Shown: positions 1 through 7,935, counted from the stretch's first letter. The stretch is DNA of 24,000 bases from Paludibacterium yongneupense DSM 18731 (GCF_000422925.1 NZ_AUGZ01000005.1:384081-408080); one strand, 5' to 3'. Made by a program: numbers and translations. Notes: generated from the sequence alone by a model not told the origin.

Positions 1-2
1 TT

Positions 3-326
3 CTGCTGCCGCCGCCGTCGACAGCGTCATGGGACATCCTGCTGGTCGCGACGCTCATCCACTTTACCCTGTCCATCGTCTACGCGGTCATTCCGGCGCA
101 CTTGGCCGGCCGCCTGCGCCTCTCGCCGTTTCTCATTTTCGGCGCCGTGTACGGCTGGATGATTTACGTGGTCAATCTATACGGATTCACGCTGTTGTTT
201 CCCTGGTTCGCCGTCGCCCGAGACGGCGTGACCCTGGCGGCGCACCTTGTTTTTGGCGTGACCCTGGTAGCGGGATGCAGGCTGTTTGTCAGTCGTTCGG
301 CGACGAACGCGGGAATAATGCCATGA
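3..326 (+). CDS. hypothetical integral membrane protein, C-terminal fragment (5' end outside window)
   Basis: Frame 3 is open from the window edge to TGA 324-326. The translation (...WDILLVATLIHFTLSIVYAVIPAHLAGRLRLSPFLIFGAVYGWMIYVVNLYGFTLLFPWFAVARDGVTLAAHLVFGVTLVAG...) consists of helix-length hydrophobic segments. The stop overlaps the next ATG (ATGA, 323-326). No family recognised. Confidence 0.45.
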   Translation: MLPPPSTASWDILLVATLIHFTLSIVYAVIPAHLAGRLRLSPFLIFGAVYGWMIYVVNLYGFTLLFPWFAVARDGVTLAAHLVFGVTLVAGCRLFVSRSATNAGIMP

Positions 327-1024
327 GGTCCTTGCATCGCCACGCCGAACATCATCACACTGAGCGCATCGGCTGGCTGCGCGCCGCTGTATTGGGGGCC
401 AACGATGGCATTGTGTCTACCGCCAGCCTCATTGTCGGAGTCGCCGCTGCCAACGCCAGCCCCGCCAGCATCTTGGTGACCGGCGTCGCGGCACTGGTGG
501 CTGGGGCCATGTCGATGGCCGCTGGCGAATTCGTATCCGTCCATTCACAAGCCGACACCGAGAAGGCCGACCTCGCCCGCGAACAAGCTGAACTCGACAA
601 AAAACCGGCCGCCGAAAAGAACGAGCTTGCGGCCATCTATGTCACCCGCGGTCTGAAGCCGGATCTGGCGCAACAGGTGGCGGAGCAACTGATGGCGCAC
701 GATGCGCTGAGTGCCCACGCGCGTGACGAGCTTGGTATCTCTGAAGCCCTCAGAGCACGACCGGTGCAAGCCGCCTTGGCTTCTGCCGCCAGTTTTGCAG
801 CGGGCGCTGGACTTCCGCTAGCCGTGACCGCAATCGCGCCGGTATCGGTTGTGATTCCCTTTGTTTCGATCGCTTCGCTAGCTTTCCTGGCAGTATTGGG
901 CGCCCTCGCCGCCCGAATAGGAGGCGCCAGCACGATGCTTGGCGCATGGCGGGTCACATTCTGGGGGGCTCTCGCAATGACGATAACGGCAGGTGCCGGC
1001 GCACTGTTCGCTGGGTTGGTCTGA
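323..1024 (+). CDS. VIT1/CCC1-family iron/manganese transporter
   Basis: Start is ATG 323, inside track ORF 29..1024. MRSLHRHAEHHHTERIGWLRAAVLGANDGIVSTASLIVGVAAA... is followed by a charged helical middle segment (ADTEKADLAREQAELDKKPAAEKNELAAIY) and C-terminal TM helices, the architecture of the VIT family. The 98 upstream in-frame codons are Arg/Pro-rich and overlap the better-supported membrane ORF in another frame. Confidence 0.85.
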   Translation: MRSLHRHAEHHHTERIGWLRAAVLGANDGIVSTASLIVGVAAANASPASILVTGVAALVAGAMSMAAGEFVSVHSQADTEKADLAREQAELDKKPAAEKNELAAIYVTRGLKPDLAQQVAEQLMAHDALSAHARDELGISEALRARPVQAALASAASFAAGAGLPLAVTAIAPVSVVIPFVSIASLAFLAVLGALAARIGGASTMLGAWRVTFWGALAMTITAGAGALFAGLV

Positions 1025-1164
1025 GCACCCGTTGCGAAGGGAGACCCTACCGGGCGGCTTCTACTGAAATCGTCAGGAGCTTGGTTCGCTGACGAACCGA
1101 CCCCGCCATCAGGAGGACGTATTTTCGGGTATTGACATCCCATCCACTCCCAAGGGAGAAGACT

Positions 1165-1899
1165 ATGCTGAAGTCACGAGAAGGCCAAAAAGTTCCCAAC
1201 GTCACATTCTCCATCCGAGTCAATGATGAATGGCAGAAGGTCGGCAGCGACGACTTGTTCGCGGATAAGACCGTGGTTCTGTTTGCACTGCCGGGCGCCT
1301 TCACACCGACCTGTTCCAGCACGCACCTGCCGCGTTACGCAGAGCTGGCGGGGGTCTTCAAAGCAAATGGGATCGATAGCGTCATCTGCCTCGCCATCAA
1401 CGATCCCTTCGTGATGGAAGCCTGGAAACAAGAACAGAACGCCGAGGACATCTACTTTCTACCCGATGGCAACGGCGAATTCACCGAAGGCATGGGCTTC
1501 CTGGTGGATAAGTCGGAAATCGGCCTGGGTAAACGTAGCTGGCGCTATTCCATGCTGGTGAAAGATGGTCTGATTCAAAAGATGTTCATCGAGCCGGAAG
1601 AACCGGGCGATCCCTTCAAGGTCTCAGATGCCGACACCATGCTCAAGCACATCAACCCCGATGCGATCATCCCGCCACGAATTACTTTTTTCAGCAAACC
1701 GGGCTGCCCGCATTGCGCGCGTGCACGCAAGATGTTGCGCGAGAAGGAGCATCGCTTTGAGGAGATTGTGTTAGGCAGCCATGGCGTCAGCTACAGCTCT
1801 CTGCAATCGGTGACCGGTCGCGGCACAACACCTCAAGTGTTTATCGATGGACAGCACATCGGCGGCGCCGATGAACTCGCAACCTGGTTGGCAAAGTGA
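1165..1899 (+). CDS. peroxiredoxin (Prx5-type)-glutaredoxin fusion peroxidase
   Basis: ATG 1165 has GGGAG (1154-1158) 6 nt upstream. The N-terminal domain carries the Prx5-type peroxidatic Cys context FALPGAFTPTCS. The C-terminal domain has a glutaredoxin fold signature (KPGCPHCARARKML ... TTPQVFIDGQHIGGADEL). Domain order matches the known hybrid Prx-Grx (PGdx) enzymes. Confidence 0.9.
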   Translation: MLKSREGQKVPNVTFSIRVNDEWQKVGSDDLFADKTVVLFALPGAFTPTCSSTHLPRYAELAGVFKANGIDSVICLAINDPFVMEAWKQEQNAEDIYFLPDGNGEFTEGMGFLVDKSEIGLGKRSWRYSMLVKDGLIQKMFIEPEEPGDPFKVSDADTMLKHINPDAIIPPRITFFSKPGCPHCARARKMLREKEHRFEEIVLGSHGVSYSSLQSVTGRGTTPQVFIDGQHIGGADELATWLAK

Positions 1900-1990
1900 G
1901 CCCGTTCGGGCCTGGCTCATGATGGCGACGCAAATGATGCATACCGGCGGCATTCCATCGCTCCCGGAATGACGATGGGAGCAAATCAGC

Positions 1991-3433
1991 ATGACCTCAA
2001 TTCAAGTCGATGTCGCCATCATTGGGGCAGGTACCGCCGGCATGGGCGCCTATCTGGCCGCACGAAAACAGACAGACTCGGTCTTGGTAATCGAGGGGAG
2101 AGCCTATGGCACAACGTGCGCTCGCAACGGCTGCATGCCCAGCAAACTGCTGATAGCCGCAGCGCAAGCCGCTCATCAGGCCCGGCATGCCGCACCGTTC
2201 GGCATCAATGTAGCCGGGATAAGCATAGACGGCGCGGCGGTGATGGCGAGAGTGACGCGCGAACGAAACCGCTTTGTCGGATTGGTGCTGGCGTCGGTTG
2301 AAGCCATTCCCAAAGAGAGCCGATTGAAGGCAATGGTCCATTTTCAAGATGCCAATACCCTGGCGACGGAACAGGGGCAGTTGATTCATGCGAAACGCGT
2401 CGTCATCGCCACTGGCAGCATTCCGGTCCTTCCACCCATGTTGAGGGCGTTGGGCACGCATCTGCTGACCAACGAAAGCATCTTCGATTTGCCCTCTTTG
2501 CCGAAAAGTCTGGCGGTGTTCGGCTCGGGCGTGCTTGGAATGGAGCTGGCACAGGCGATGAGCCGCCTGGGGGTCAGTGTCAAGGTGTTCGGCATAGGCG
2601 GTGGCATTGCCGGCATCCATGACCCGGAAATGCTCGACTATGCCGACAATTTATTCAATGAAACGTTTTATCTGGATGCCTCGGCACAGTTGGAATCGGT
2701 CAAGAAATCCACAACGGGGGTCGATGTCCATTACCTGAATAAGGATGGCGCCTGGCAAACCGAACCGTTCGATTATGCACTGGCGGCTACCGGTCGCGCT
2801 CCTGATGTCGCTCGGTTGGCGCTGGAGAACACAGGGCTCGCGTTGAATGACCTCGGCGTGCCCTTGTTCGATCGCGATACCGGGCAGTGCGGCAACAGTT
2901 CGATCTTCATCGCCGGCGACGCCAGCAACGAGATACCCCTGCTGCACGAAGCGGCCGATCAGGGTCACATCGCCGGCGAGAATGCCGGACGTCATCCCGA
3001 TATCCGGCCCGGCTTGCGTCGCGCGCCTCTGGCCATTGTCTTCACCGACCCGCAAGTGGCGTCGGTGGGTTTGAACCTGAAGCAATTAAACCAGCATTTC
3101 AAGGGTCGGTTCGCCGTGGGGCAGGTGTCCTTCGAGAATCAAGGCCGCAGTCGGGTCTTGCTGTGCAACAAGGGAATGCTGAAAGTCTATGCTGAGCATG
3201 GCAGCGACATGTTCCTGGGTGCAGAAATGTTCGGCCCCGCCGCGGAGCACATCGCGCATCTGCTGGCCTGGGCGGTGCAAGCCCGCATGACTGTTTCGCA
3301 AATGCTGGACATGCCTTTCTATCATCCGGTCATCGAAGAAGGACTGCGTACGGCACTCCGGGAACTGAACCATAACCTGCATAACACATCGGAAAACATT
3401 GAGCATAGTATGGATTGCGGGCCTGGCACTTAA
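1991..3433 (+). CDS. FAD-dependent pyridine nucleotide-disulfide oxidoreductase (dihydrolipoyl dehydrogenase / glutathione reductase superfamily)
   Basis: N-terminal FAD Rossmann motif VAIIGAGTAG. Redox-active C-x4-C in GTTCARNGCMPSKLL. Second dinucleotide fold VFGSGVLGMELA. C-terminal FYHPVIEEGL (His-Glu of the dimer-interface active site). GGGAG lies 9 nt upstream of ATG 1991. Physiological substrate not determinable from sequence. Confidence 0.85.
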   Translation: MTSIQVDVAIIGAGTAGMGAYLAARKQTDSVLVIEGRAYGTTCARNGCMPSKLLIAAAQAAHQARHAAPFGINVAGISIDGAAVMARVTRERNRFVGLVLASVEAIPKESRLKAMVHFQDANTLATEQGQLIHAKRVVIATGSIPVLPPMLRALGTHLLTNESIFDLPSLPKSLAVFGSGVLGMELAQAMSRLGVSVKVFGIGGGIAGIHDPEMLDYADNLFNETFYLDASAQLESVKKSTTGVDVHYLNKDGAWQTEPFDYALAATGRAPDVARLALENTGLALNDLGVPLFDRDTGQCGNSSIFIAGDASNEIPLLHEAADQGHIAGENAGRHPDIRPGLRRAPLAIVFTDPQVASVGLNLKQLNQHFKGRFAVGQVSFENQGRSRVLLCNKGMLKVYAEHGSDMFLGAEMFGPAAEHIAHLLAWAVQARMTVSQMLDMPFYHPVIEEGLRTALRELNHNLHNTSENIEHSMDCGPGT

Positions 3434-3669
3434 CAGAGCCATTGAACATACGCTGTTACTGCTCCATCCGAGTTCGGCATGCACAAGGCTGTCCGGCGGC
3501 GGTTCTGTCTCTGTAGATCCCACCTCGGCGCCCCGTTCGAACGTCGGTAATAGCCTACCGCCGGGTCGGCCTTGCCAGTTGCAAGTCATCGGCCATTGCG
3601 GCCGTTGGCGCTTTCCTGCAGGGCCGTCTGGCATGGAACCATGACCGGCCGGAGGCCACGGGCCCGCAG

Positions 3670-3684
3670 TTTAAAGTCGTAAAC
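3670..3684 (+). repeat. short repeat copy A (TTTAAAGTCGTAAAC)
   Basis: Member of a 4-copy family with core AAAGTC[G/A]T[G/A]AA. See copies at 3740, 3791 and 4387. Confidence 0.6.
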
Positions 3685-3739
3685 ACGGCCCCTTGCCGCG
3701 ACGGGCTTTCAGAACACCTCGGCCCTGAACACCATGAGT

Positions 3740-3756
3740 CAAAGTCATGAACAGGT
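3740..3756 (+). repeat. short repeat copy D (CAAAGTCATGAACAGGT)
   Basis: Matches the reverse complement of 4385-4400 (AAAGTCGTGAACTGGT) at 14 of 16 positions. Confidence 0.5.
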
Positions 3757-3790
3757 CTCATGGCTAACGGCAACAATGGCACAAGCGAAA

Positions 3791-3805
3791 AATTAAAGTC
3801 GTGAA
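3791..3805 (+). repeat. short repeat copy B (AATTAAAGTCGTGAA), left arm of a perfect 15-bp inverted repeat
   Basis: Exact reverse complement of 4387-4401. The two arms bracket 581 bp containing the vapBC remnant. Confidence 0.7.
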
Positions 3806-3861
3806 TAACACACGCCCGCGTAGCCGCAGTAGCGTACGACTCGCCGATGGTCCAAGCCCCC

Positions 3862-4047
3862 TCATGCCGCCCATTCCCATGGATTGAAGAGAGCGACGCC
3901 GCCGGGCTGAAAATCGGCTACGTTGCGAGTGACAACCGTCATGCCATGCACAAGCGCCGTCGCCGCGACAAGCGCGTCACGCTCGCTGCGCCGATTGCGA
4001 GCATGCCGTCGTGCGCAACGAAGTGCACCAGCAGAATCCACGGGCAA
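3862..4047 (-). pseudogene. vapC (PIN-domain toxin) C-terminal fragment
   Basis: The translation PVDSAGALRCARRHARNRRSERDALVAATALVHGMTVVTRNVADFQPGGVALFNPWEWAA matches the conserved C-terminal third of VapC/FitB-type PIN toxins (...RDALIAATALVHGMTVVTRNVxDF...NPW). An in-frame stop lies 2 codons upstream (4051-4053). The N-terminal ~75 aa carrying the first catalytic acidic residues are absent. Confidence 0.75.
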
Positions 4048-4171
4048 TGCTCAACAGCACATGGGCGGGCTTGCCGCGATCGGCGATGATCACGGGGCCG
4101 CTCCGAGACACTTTCCTCGCCCGGGAAACGTCCTGGTTCAGCTCCCGACGGGATAAGGTCGTGATGGTCAT
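4046..4171 (-). pseudogene. Phd/YefM-type antitoxin N-terminal fragment (vapB-like)
   Basis: ATG 4171 has GGAG 9 nt upstream. MTITTLSRRELNQDVSRARKVSRSGPVIIADRGKPAHVLLSI is a typical antitoxin N-terminus. After residue 42 the frame runs out-of-frame across the vapC fragment (ARGFCWCTSLRTTACSQSAQRA, stop at 3977) with no antitoxin-like C-terminus. Confidence 0.7.
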
Positions 4172-4348
4172 GATAGCGGTCTCCATGCGAGCATATGCAG
4201 GCGCATTGCTACATATTGACAAGAAGGGCAATCGCGGAGCCCCCCTATCCGCGCACGCCGACACGGCAGGCGCCGCATCATGGATTGGCGCGTCGAACGA
4301 CAACGCCAGGCGCCGATCCCCCTCGACCCGGCCTGGCCAATGGGCAGT

Positions 4349-4378
4349 CAAACGCCCCGCACGTAGCGGGGCGCGTTT
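4349..4378 (-). terminator. probable intrinsic terminator of glmS
   Basis: 8-bp all-GC stem (4353-4360 / 4366-4373) with a 5-nt loop. On the minus strand it is followed by TTTGACTG. Located 58-87 nt downstream of the glmS stop. Confidence 0.55.
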
Positions 4379-4386
4379 CCAACCAG

Positions 4387-4401
4387 TTCACGACTTTAAT
4401 T
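4387..4401 (-). repeat. short repeat copy C (right arm of the 15-bp inverted repeat)
   Basis: TTCACGACTTTAATT on the plus strand equals the reverse complement of 3791-3805. Lies 34 bp downstream of the glmS stop codon, between glmS and its putative terminator. Confidence 0.7.
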
Positions 4402-4435
4402 GGCATGAATACCAGTCAAATCAAAGTCCCCCGCC

Positions 4436-6265
4436 CTACTCCACCGTCACCGATTTAGCCAGATTGCGCGGCTTGTCGATATCGGTGCCGCGTATCACGG
4501 CCGTATGGTAGGCGAGCAACTGCAGCGGTACCGTGTGCAGAATGGGCGACAGCAAACCGTAGTGCTCGGCCAGCCGGATCACATGCACGCTCGGGCTCGC
4601 GGTCACCGCGCTGTCGGCATCGGCGAATACATAAAGCTGGCCGCCGCGGGCATCGACCTCCTGCATGTTCGACTTCAGTTTTTCCAGCAGCGCGTCGTTG
4701 GGCGCCACCGTGACCACTGGCATGTCTTCGCTCACCAGTGCCAGCGGCCCGTGCTTGAGTTCGCCGGCGGGATAGGCTTCGGCATGCAGATACGAGATCT
4801 CCTTCAATTTGAGCGCCCCTTCGAGCGCCACCGGGTAATGCATGCCGCGCCCGAGGAACAGCGCATCGTTGCAGCGGGCGAAACGCTCGGCCCAGGCGAT
4901 GATCTGCGGCTCCTGCGCGAGTACGGCCTGCAGGGCCAGCGGCAAGTGGCGCAAGGCTTTCAGATGTTCCGCCTCCTCGCTATCGCTCAGGCGACCGCGT
5001 ACCTGGGCCAACGACAAGGCGAGCAGAAACAGCGCCACCATCTGGGTGGTGAAGGCCTTGGTCGAGGCTACGCCGATTTCGACGCCGGCATGGGTGATGA
5101 AAGACAACGCGCATTCGCGCACCAGCGAACTGGACGCGATATTGCAGATCGCCAGAGTCATGTCCATGCCCTGTGCCCGCGCATGGCGCAGCGCGCCTAG
5201 CGTGTCGGCGGTTTCGCCGGATTGCGACACCGCCACGACCAGCGTATCGGGGTCGGTCGGGCTATCGCGATAGCGGTACTCGCTGGCGATTTCGACCGTG
5301 ACCGGGATGCGGGCGAGCGTTTCTATCCAGTACTTGGCGGTCAGGCCGGCGTAGTAGCTCGAACCGCAGGCAATGATCAGCACCGTCCGCACGCGTGCGA
5401 AAGCAGGCCAGGCCTTGTCGCCGAACAGCTCGGGCATCACGCCTTCCACGTCTTTCAGGGTGTCGGCGACGGCGCGCGGCTGTTCGAAGATTTCTTTCTG
5501 CATGAAGTGGCGGTAAGGGCCGAGTTCGGCGGCGCCGGTGTGGACTTGCACCGTCCTCTGCGGGCGTGTGACGGCGCGCCCGTCGGCATCGGCCAGCCAG
5601 TAGCGTTCGAGCTGGATATCGACGATATCGCCATCTTCGAGATAGACGATCTGGTCGGTGACTCCAGCCAGGGCGAGGGCATCCGAGGCCAGATAGTGGC
5701 CGTCGGCGCCGACGCCGACCACCAGCGGCGACCCCTGGCGCGCGCCGACCACGCGATGCGGCTCTTCCGGGCTGCACACGGCCAGGGCATAACTACCGTG
5801 CAATTGGGCGACCGCTTGCGCCACCGCCTCGAACAGATCGCCGCGGTACAGATGATCGATCAGATGGGCGATGACTTCGGTATCGGTCTGGCTGGCGAAC
5901 ACATACCCGGCTTCTTCGAGCCGCCGCCGCAGCACCTCGTGATTCTCGATGATGCCGTTATGGCACAGCGCGATGCGCGGCTGCGCTTCGCTGGGCGAAA
6001 AATGCGGATGTGCGTTGTGGGTGGCTGGCTTGCCATGCGTGGCCCAGCGGGTATGGGCGATGCCGGTCAGCCCCTGCAAACCCAGATCGGCCACCCGTTG
6101 CGCGAGGTCGCTGACACGGGCGGTGCTGCGCGCCGATTGCAAGCGACCATCGTCATACACGGCCAGGCCGCATGAATCGTAGCCCCGGTATTCGAGCCGT
6201 TGGAGTCCTTCGAGTAGCAGAGGGACGATATTGCGCCGGGCGACGGCGCCGATGATGCCGCACAT
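4436..6265 (-). CDS. glmS: glutamine--fructose-6-phosphate aminotransferase (isomerizing)
   Basis: MCGIIGAV... has the obligatory Cys2 nucleophile. The sequence shows a full-length glutaminase domain plus two SIS domains and ends ...[12 protein letters not shown]. The true start is ATG 6265 (AGGAG 6 nt upstream), 2 codons inside the track ORF, whose first M is a TTG. Confidence 0.97.
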   Translation of the reverse strand: MCGIIGAVARRNIVPLLLEGLQRLEYRGYDSCGLAVYDDGRLQSARSTARVSDLAQRVADLGLQGLTGIAHTRWATHGKPATHNAHPHFSPSEAQPRIALCHNGIIENHEVLRRRLEEAGYVFASQTDTEVIAHLIDHLYRGDLFEAVAQAVAQLHGSYALAVCSPEEPHRVVGARQGSPLVVGVGADGHYLASDALALAGVTDQIVYLEDGDIVDIQLERYWLADADGRAVTRPQRTVQVHTGAAELGPYRHFMQKEIFEQPRAVADTLKDVEGVMPELFGDKAWPAFARVRTVLIIACGSSYYAGLTAKYWIETLARIPVTVEIASEYRYRDSPTDPDTLVVAVSQSGETADTLGALRHARAQGMDMTLAICNIASSSLVRECALSFITHAGVEIGVASTKAFTTQMVALFLLALSLAQVRGRLSDSEEAEHLKALRHLPLALQAVLAQEPQIIAWAERFARCNDALFLGRGMHYPVALEGALKLKEISYLHAEAYPAGELKHGPLALVSEDMPVVTVAPNDALLEKLKSNMQEVDARGGQLYVFADADSAVTASPSVHVIRLAEHYGLLSPILHTVPLQLLAYHTAVIRGTDIDKPRNLAKSVTVE

Positions 6266-6299
6266 AAGCAACTCCTGGTCAGCGGTAAGTGATGTGCCG

Positions 6300-6420
6300 A
6301 TGGTAGAATGCGCGATAAGAAGTTAAATTTCTAATTATCAATATTTTTGAATTATTAAATCACACAAGCACCATTATCATTTATAAATTCATATCTACTA
6401 TATATTTGAAATTATAAGTC
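6300..6420. promoter_or_regulatory. AT-rich divergent promoter/regulatory region between glmS and the Lrp/AsnC gene
   Basis: Hand count for 6321-6420 is 18 G+C in 100 nt, against roughly 60-65% in flanking genes. Contains two similar direct repeats, ATATTTTTGAATTATTAAATC (6341-6361) and ATATATTTGAAATTATAAGTC (6400-6420), and an extended -10-like TGGTAGAAT (6301-6309, plus strand). Exact promoters not assignable by eye. Confidence 0.5.
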
Positions 6421-6511
6421 ACCGATCAGTAGCGACTCTCCCCTCAAGCCGTGGCGCAGCGCGACGGCGCCCTGACGGACGGGGTTTCGACTACCGAAGG
6501 AAAAGGAATGA

Positions 6512-6991
6512 ATGATGAGCACTCTACCGATCGAACTCGACGACCTCGACCGCCGCATTCTCAAGCTGCTGCAGAACGATGCCTCGCTGAGCAATGTCGA
6601 ATTGGCCCTGCGCGTGCATGCCTCGGCGCCGACCTGCCTGCGCCGGGTCAAGCGCCTGCGCGACAGCGGCGTCATTGCACGCCAGTTGGCCTTGCTGGCA
6701 CCGGAAAAGCTGGCGCCCAGCCTGACCGTGATTGTGGAAATTTCGCTTGATCGGCAATCGGCCGAGGATCTGGCCGCGTTTGAAGCGCTACTGGCACCCG
6801 AGGATGCCGTACTGCAGTGCTACCGTGTTTCTCCTGGACCGGATTTCGTCGTACTGCTGTGCACGACCGACATGGGGGACTACCATGCTTTCGCGCAGCG
6901 GGTCTTCGCCGCCGCGCGCAACGTCCGCAATGTGCGTGCGTTCTTCGCCACCCACTGCAGCAAGTTCGAGATCAATCGCCCGCTGCAATGA
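6512..6991 (+). CDS. Lrp/AsnC-family transcriptional regulator
   Basis: N-terminal HTH LDDLDRRILKLLQNDASLSNVELALRVHASAPTCLRRVKRLRDSGVI followed by a C-terminal RAM/AsnC_trans_reg-like domain. Length is ~158 aa. Tandem ATGs at 6512 and 6515; AAGGAA at 6503-6508 favours either. Confidence 0.9.
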   Translation: MMSTLPIELDDLDRRILKLLQNDASLSNVELALRVHASAPTCLRRVKRLRDSGVIARQLALLAPEKLAPSLTVIVEISLDRQSAEDLAAFEALLAPEDAVLQCYRVSPGPDFVVLLCTTDMGDYHAFAQRVFAAARNVRNVRAFFATHCSKFEINRPLQ

Positions 6992-7018
6992 CATGCGGCC
7001 GCCCGGGGCGGCCGCATG
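6992..7018. terminator. GC-rich perfect hairpin between convergent genes (possible bidirectional terminator)
   Basis: CATGCGGCCGCC / GGCGGCCGCATG forms a 12-bp perfect stem with a 3-nt loop, starting 1 nt after the Lrp stop and 14 nt from the lipoprotein stop. There is no U-tract on either side, so intrinsic termination is uncertain. Confidence 0.4.
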
Positions 7019-7031
7019 CGGATACGGGGGA

Positions 7032-7496
7032 TCAGTGTGCGGCGCTTACTGCCGTCTTGCCCCAGCCGGCTTGCAGATACATGGCATCCATCAGCTGCTG
7101 TACCACTTCACCGGTATTGGGAAAATGGTGGAATATCGAATTTTCCCAGCGGCCAGTGACAATCAGGGTGCCAGTCTTGGCGTCGAAGATGGACACATCG
7201 AGCGCCTGCAGATACATGGTCAGATCCCAGCGCCACGCATCTTCATAGGTGACGATGGCATCGACTCCCGGCACGCTGCGCACGCCTTCGCTGGCATTCT
7301 GTTTTACGACAAGGCCGTGCGAGTGCATACCTCGCAGCATGGCTTGATCCATATCGACAGAATTCCCCCCTTTGCTGACAAAAGCAGCACTATGAATCGG
7401 CGCTGTCTGGCCAGTGTTGCCCATCATGACCCGGGTGGAGGTTGAACACGCAGCCAACCCGAGACACAGGCAGAGTGAAACGAGAATTTTTTTCAT
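7032..7496 (-). CDS. lipoprotein of unknown function
   Basis: The signal peptide MKKILVSLCLCLGLAAC ends in a lipobox (L-A-A-C). The mature part has no family I can recognise. An AT-rich putative promoter lies immediately upstream (7497-7555). Confidence 0.75.
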   Translation of the reverse strand: MKKILVSLCLCLGLAACSTSTRVMMGNTGQTAPIHSAAFVSKGGNSVDMDQAMLRGMHSHGLVVKQNASEGVRSVPGVDAIVTYEDAWRWDLTMYLQALDVSIFDAKTGTLIVTGRWENSIFHHFPNTGEVVQQLMDAMYLQAGWGKTAVSAAH

Positions 7497-7733
7497 AATG
7501 TTTTTAGGTTAAAAATACATATAGATTATGCCTAAAAATTTATGAAAAAACACGTAAAGATGCGCAGGCACACCACCGGCCAGGCCTCGGGGCATGAAAG
7601 CGCTCCCTCCTCTCATCCGAGCGGCAGAAGTCGCCCTTGGGACGCGCCGGAATTCGCCGGGTACCCGGCCGACTAGCGCTTTGCGCTCCTCCCCTGGGCG
7701 GCCGTTCTCGCCATTCGCGCGGATCCGCGGCCT

Positions 7734-7761
7734 GCCGCGCCTCGATTGGCGCGGCATTTTC
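7734..7761 (+). terminator. intrinsic-terminator-like hairpin in the long non-coding region upstream of the PTS operon
   Basis: GCCGCGCC (7734-7741) / GGCGCGGC (7748-7755) forms an 8-bp perfect GC stem with a 6-nt loop, followed by ATTTTC. No plus-strand gene lies upstream, so its role (attenuator, sRNA end, or nothing) is unknown. Confidence 0.3.
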
Positions 7762-7935
7762 GCAACGCCACCGTCCATCCTCCATCCCCACTGCCCGAGC
7801 CCCTGCCACGGCTGCTTTTCTCTCGCCGCGCCCCTGCCTCCCCACAGCTGCACGCCCCGGATATTGCATTGCAACACAAGATATTGTTACCCATTTCAGA
7901 TTTTCCATATCTATCCCAAACGCCTTGTGGTAGTC

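Noticed and set aside
29-322. N-terminal 98 codons of the 331-aa track ORF fused to the VIT transporter
   Set aside because: The extension is Arg/Pro-rich and non-hydrophobic, and it overlaps a convincingly membrane-like ORF in frame 3 that ends in an ATGA junction with ATG 323. The VIT homology starts at 323.
3534-3543. CGTTCGAACG, resembling a tRNA T-loop (GTTCGAA)
   Set aside because: The flanking bases do not form a T-stem, acceptor stem or anticodon arm. It is simply a 10-bp palindrome, and no tRNA cloverleaf can be drawn.
3434-4435. Intact Tn7-like element or genomic island at the attTn7-equivalent site downstream of glmS
   Set aside because: No transposase, tns or integrase ORFs are present, nor TGT...ACA termini, 22-bp TnsB-type repeats or target duplication. 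Only a short repeat family and a TA remnant remain, so at most this is a decayed scar (reported as a low-confidence hypothesis).
4505-6175. Several 140-320-aa plus-strand ORFs inside glmS
   Set aside because: They are antisense or off-frame to the highly conserved glmS, and their translations are not protein-like.
6266-6420. Possible glmS ribozyme or riboswitch in the glmS 5' region
   Set aside because: The region is extremely AT-rich and lacks the GC-rich pseudoknotted core expected of the glmS ribozyme, which is known essentially from Gram-positive lineages. It is better explained as promoter/operator DNA.
7650-7729. EcoRI (GAATTC), KpnI (GGTACC) and BamHI (GGATCC) sites clustered like a cloning polylinker
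   Set aside because: The sites sit inside GC-rich natural-looking palindromes spaced over about 80 bp. No vector backbone, selection marker or other engineered sequence is nearby. Most likely this is coincidence of GC-rich palindromes.
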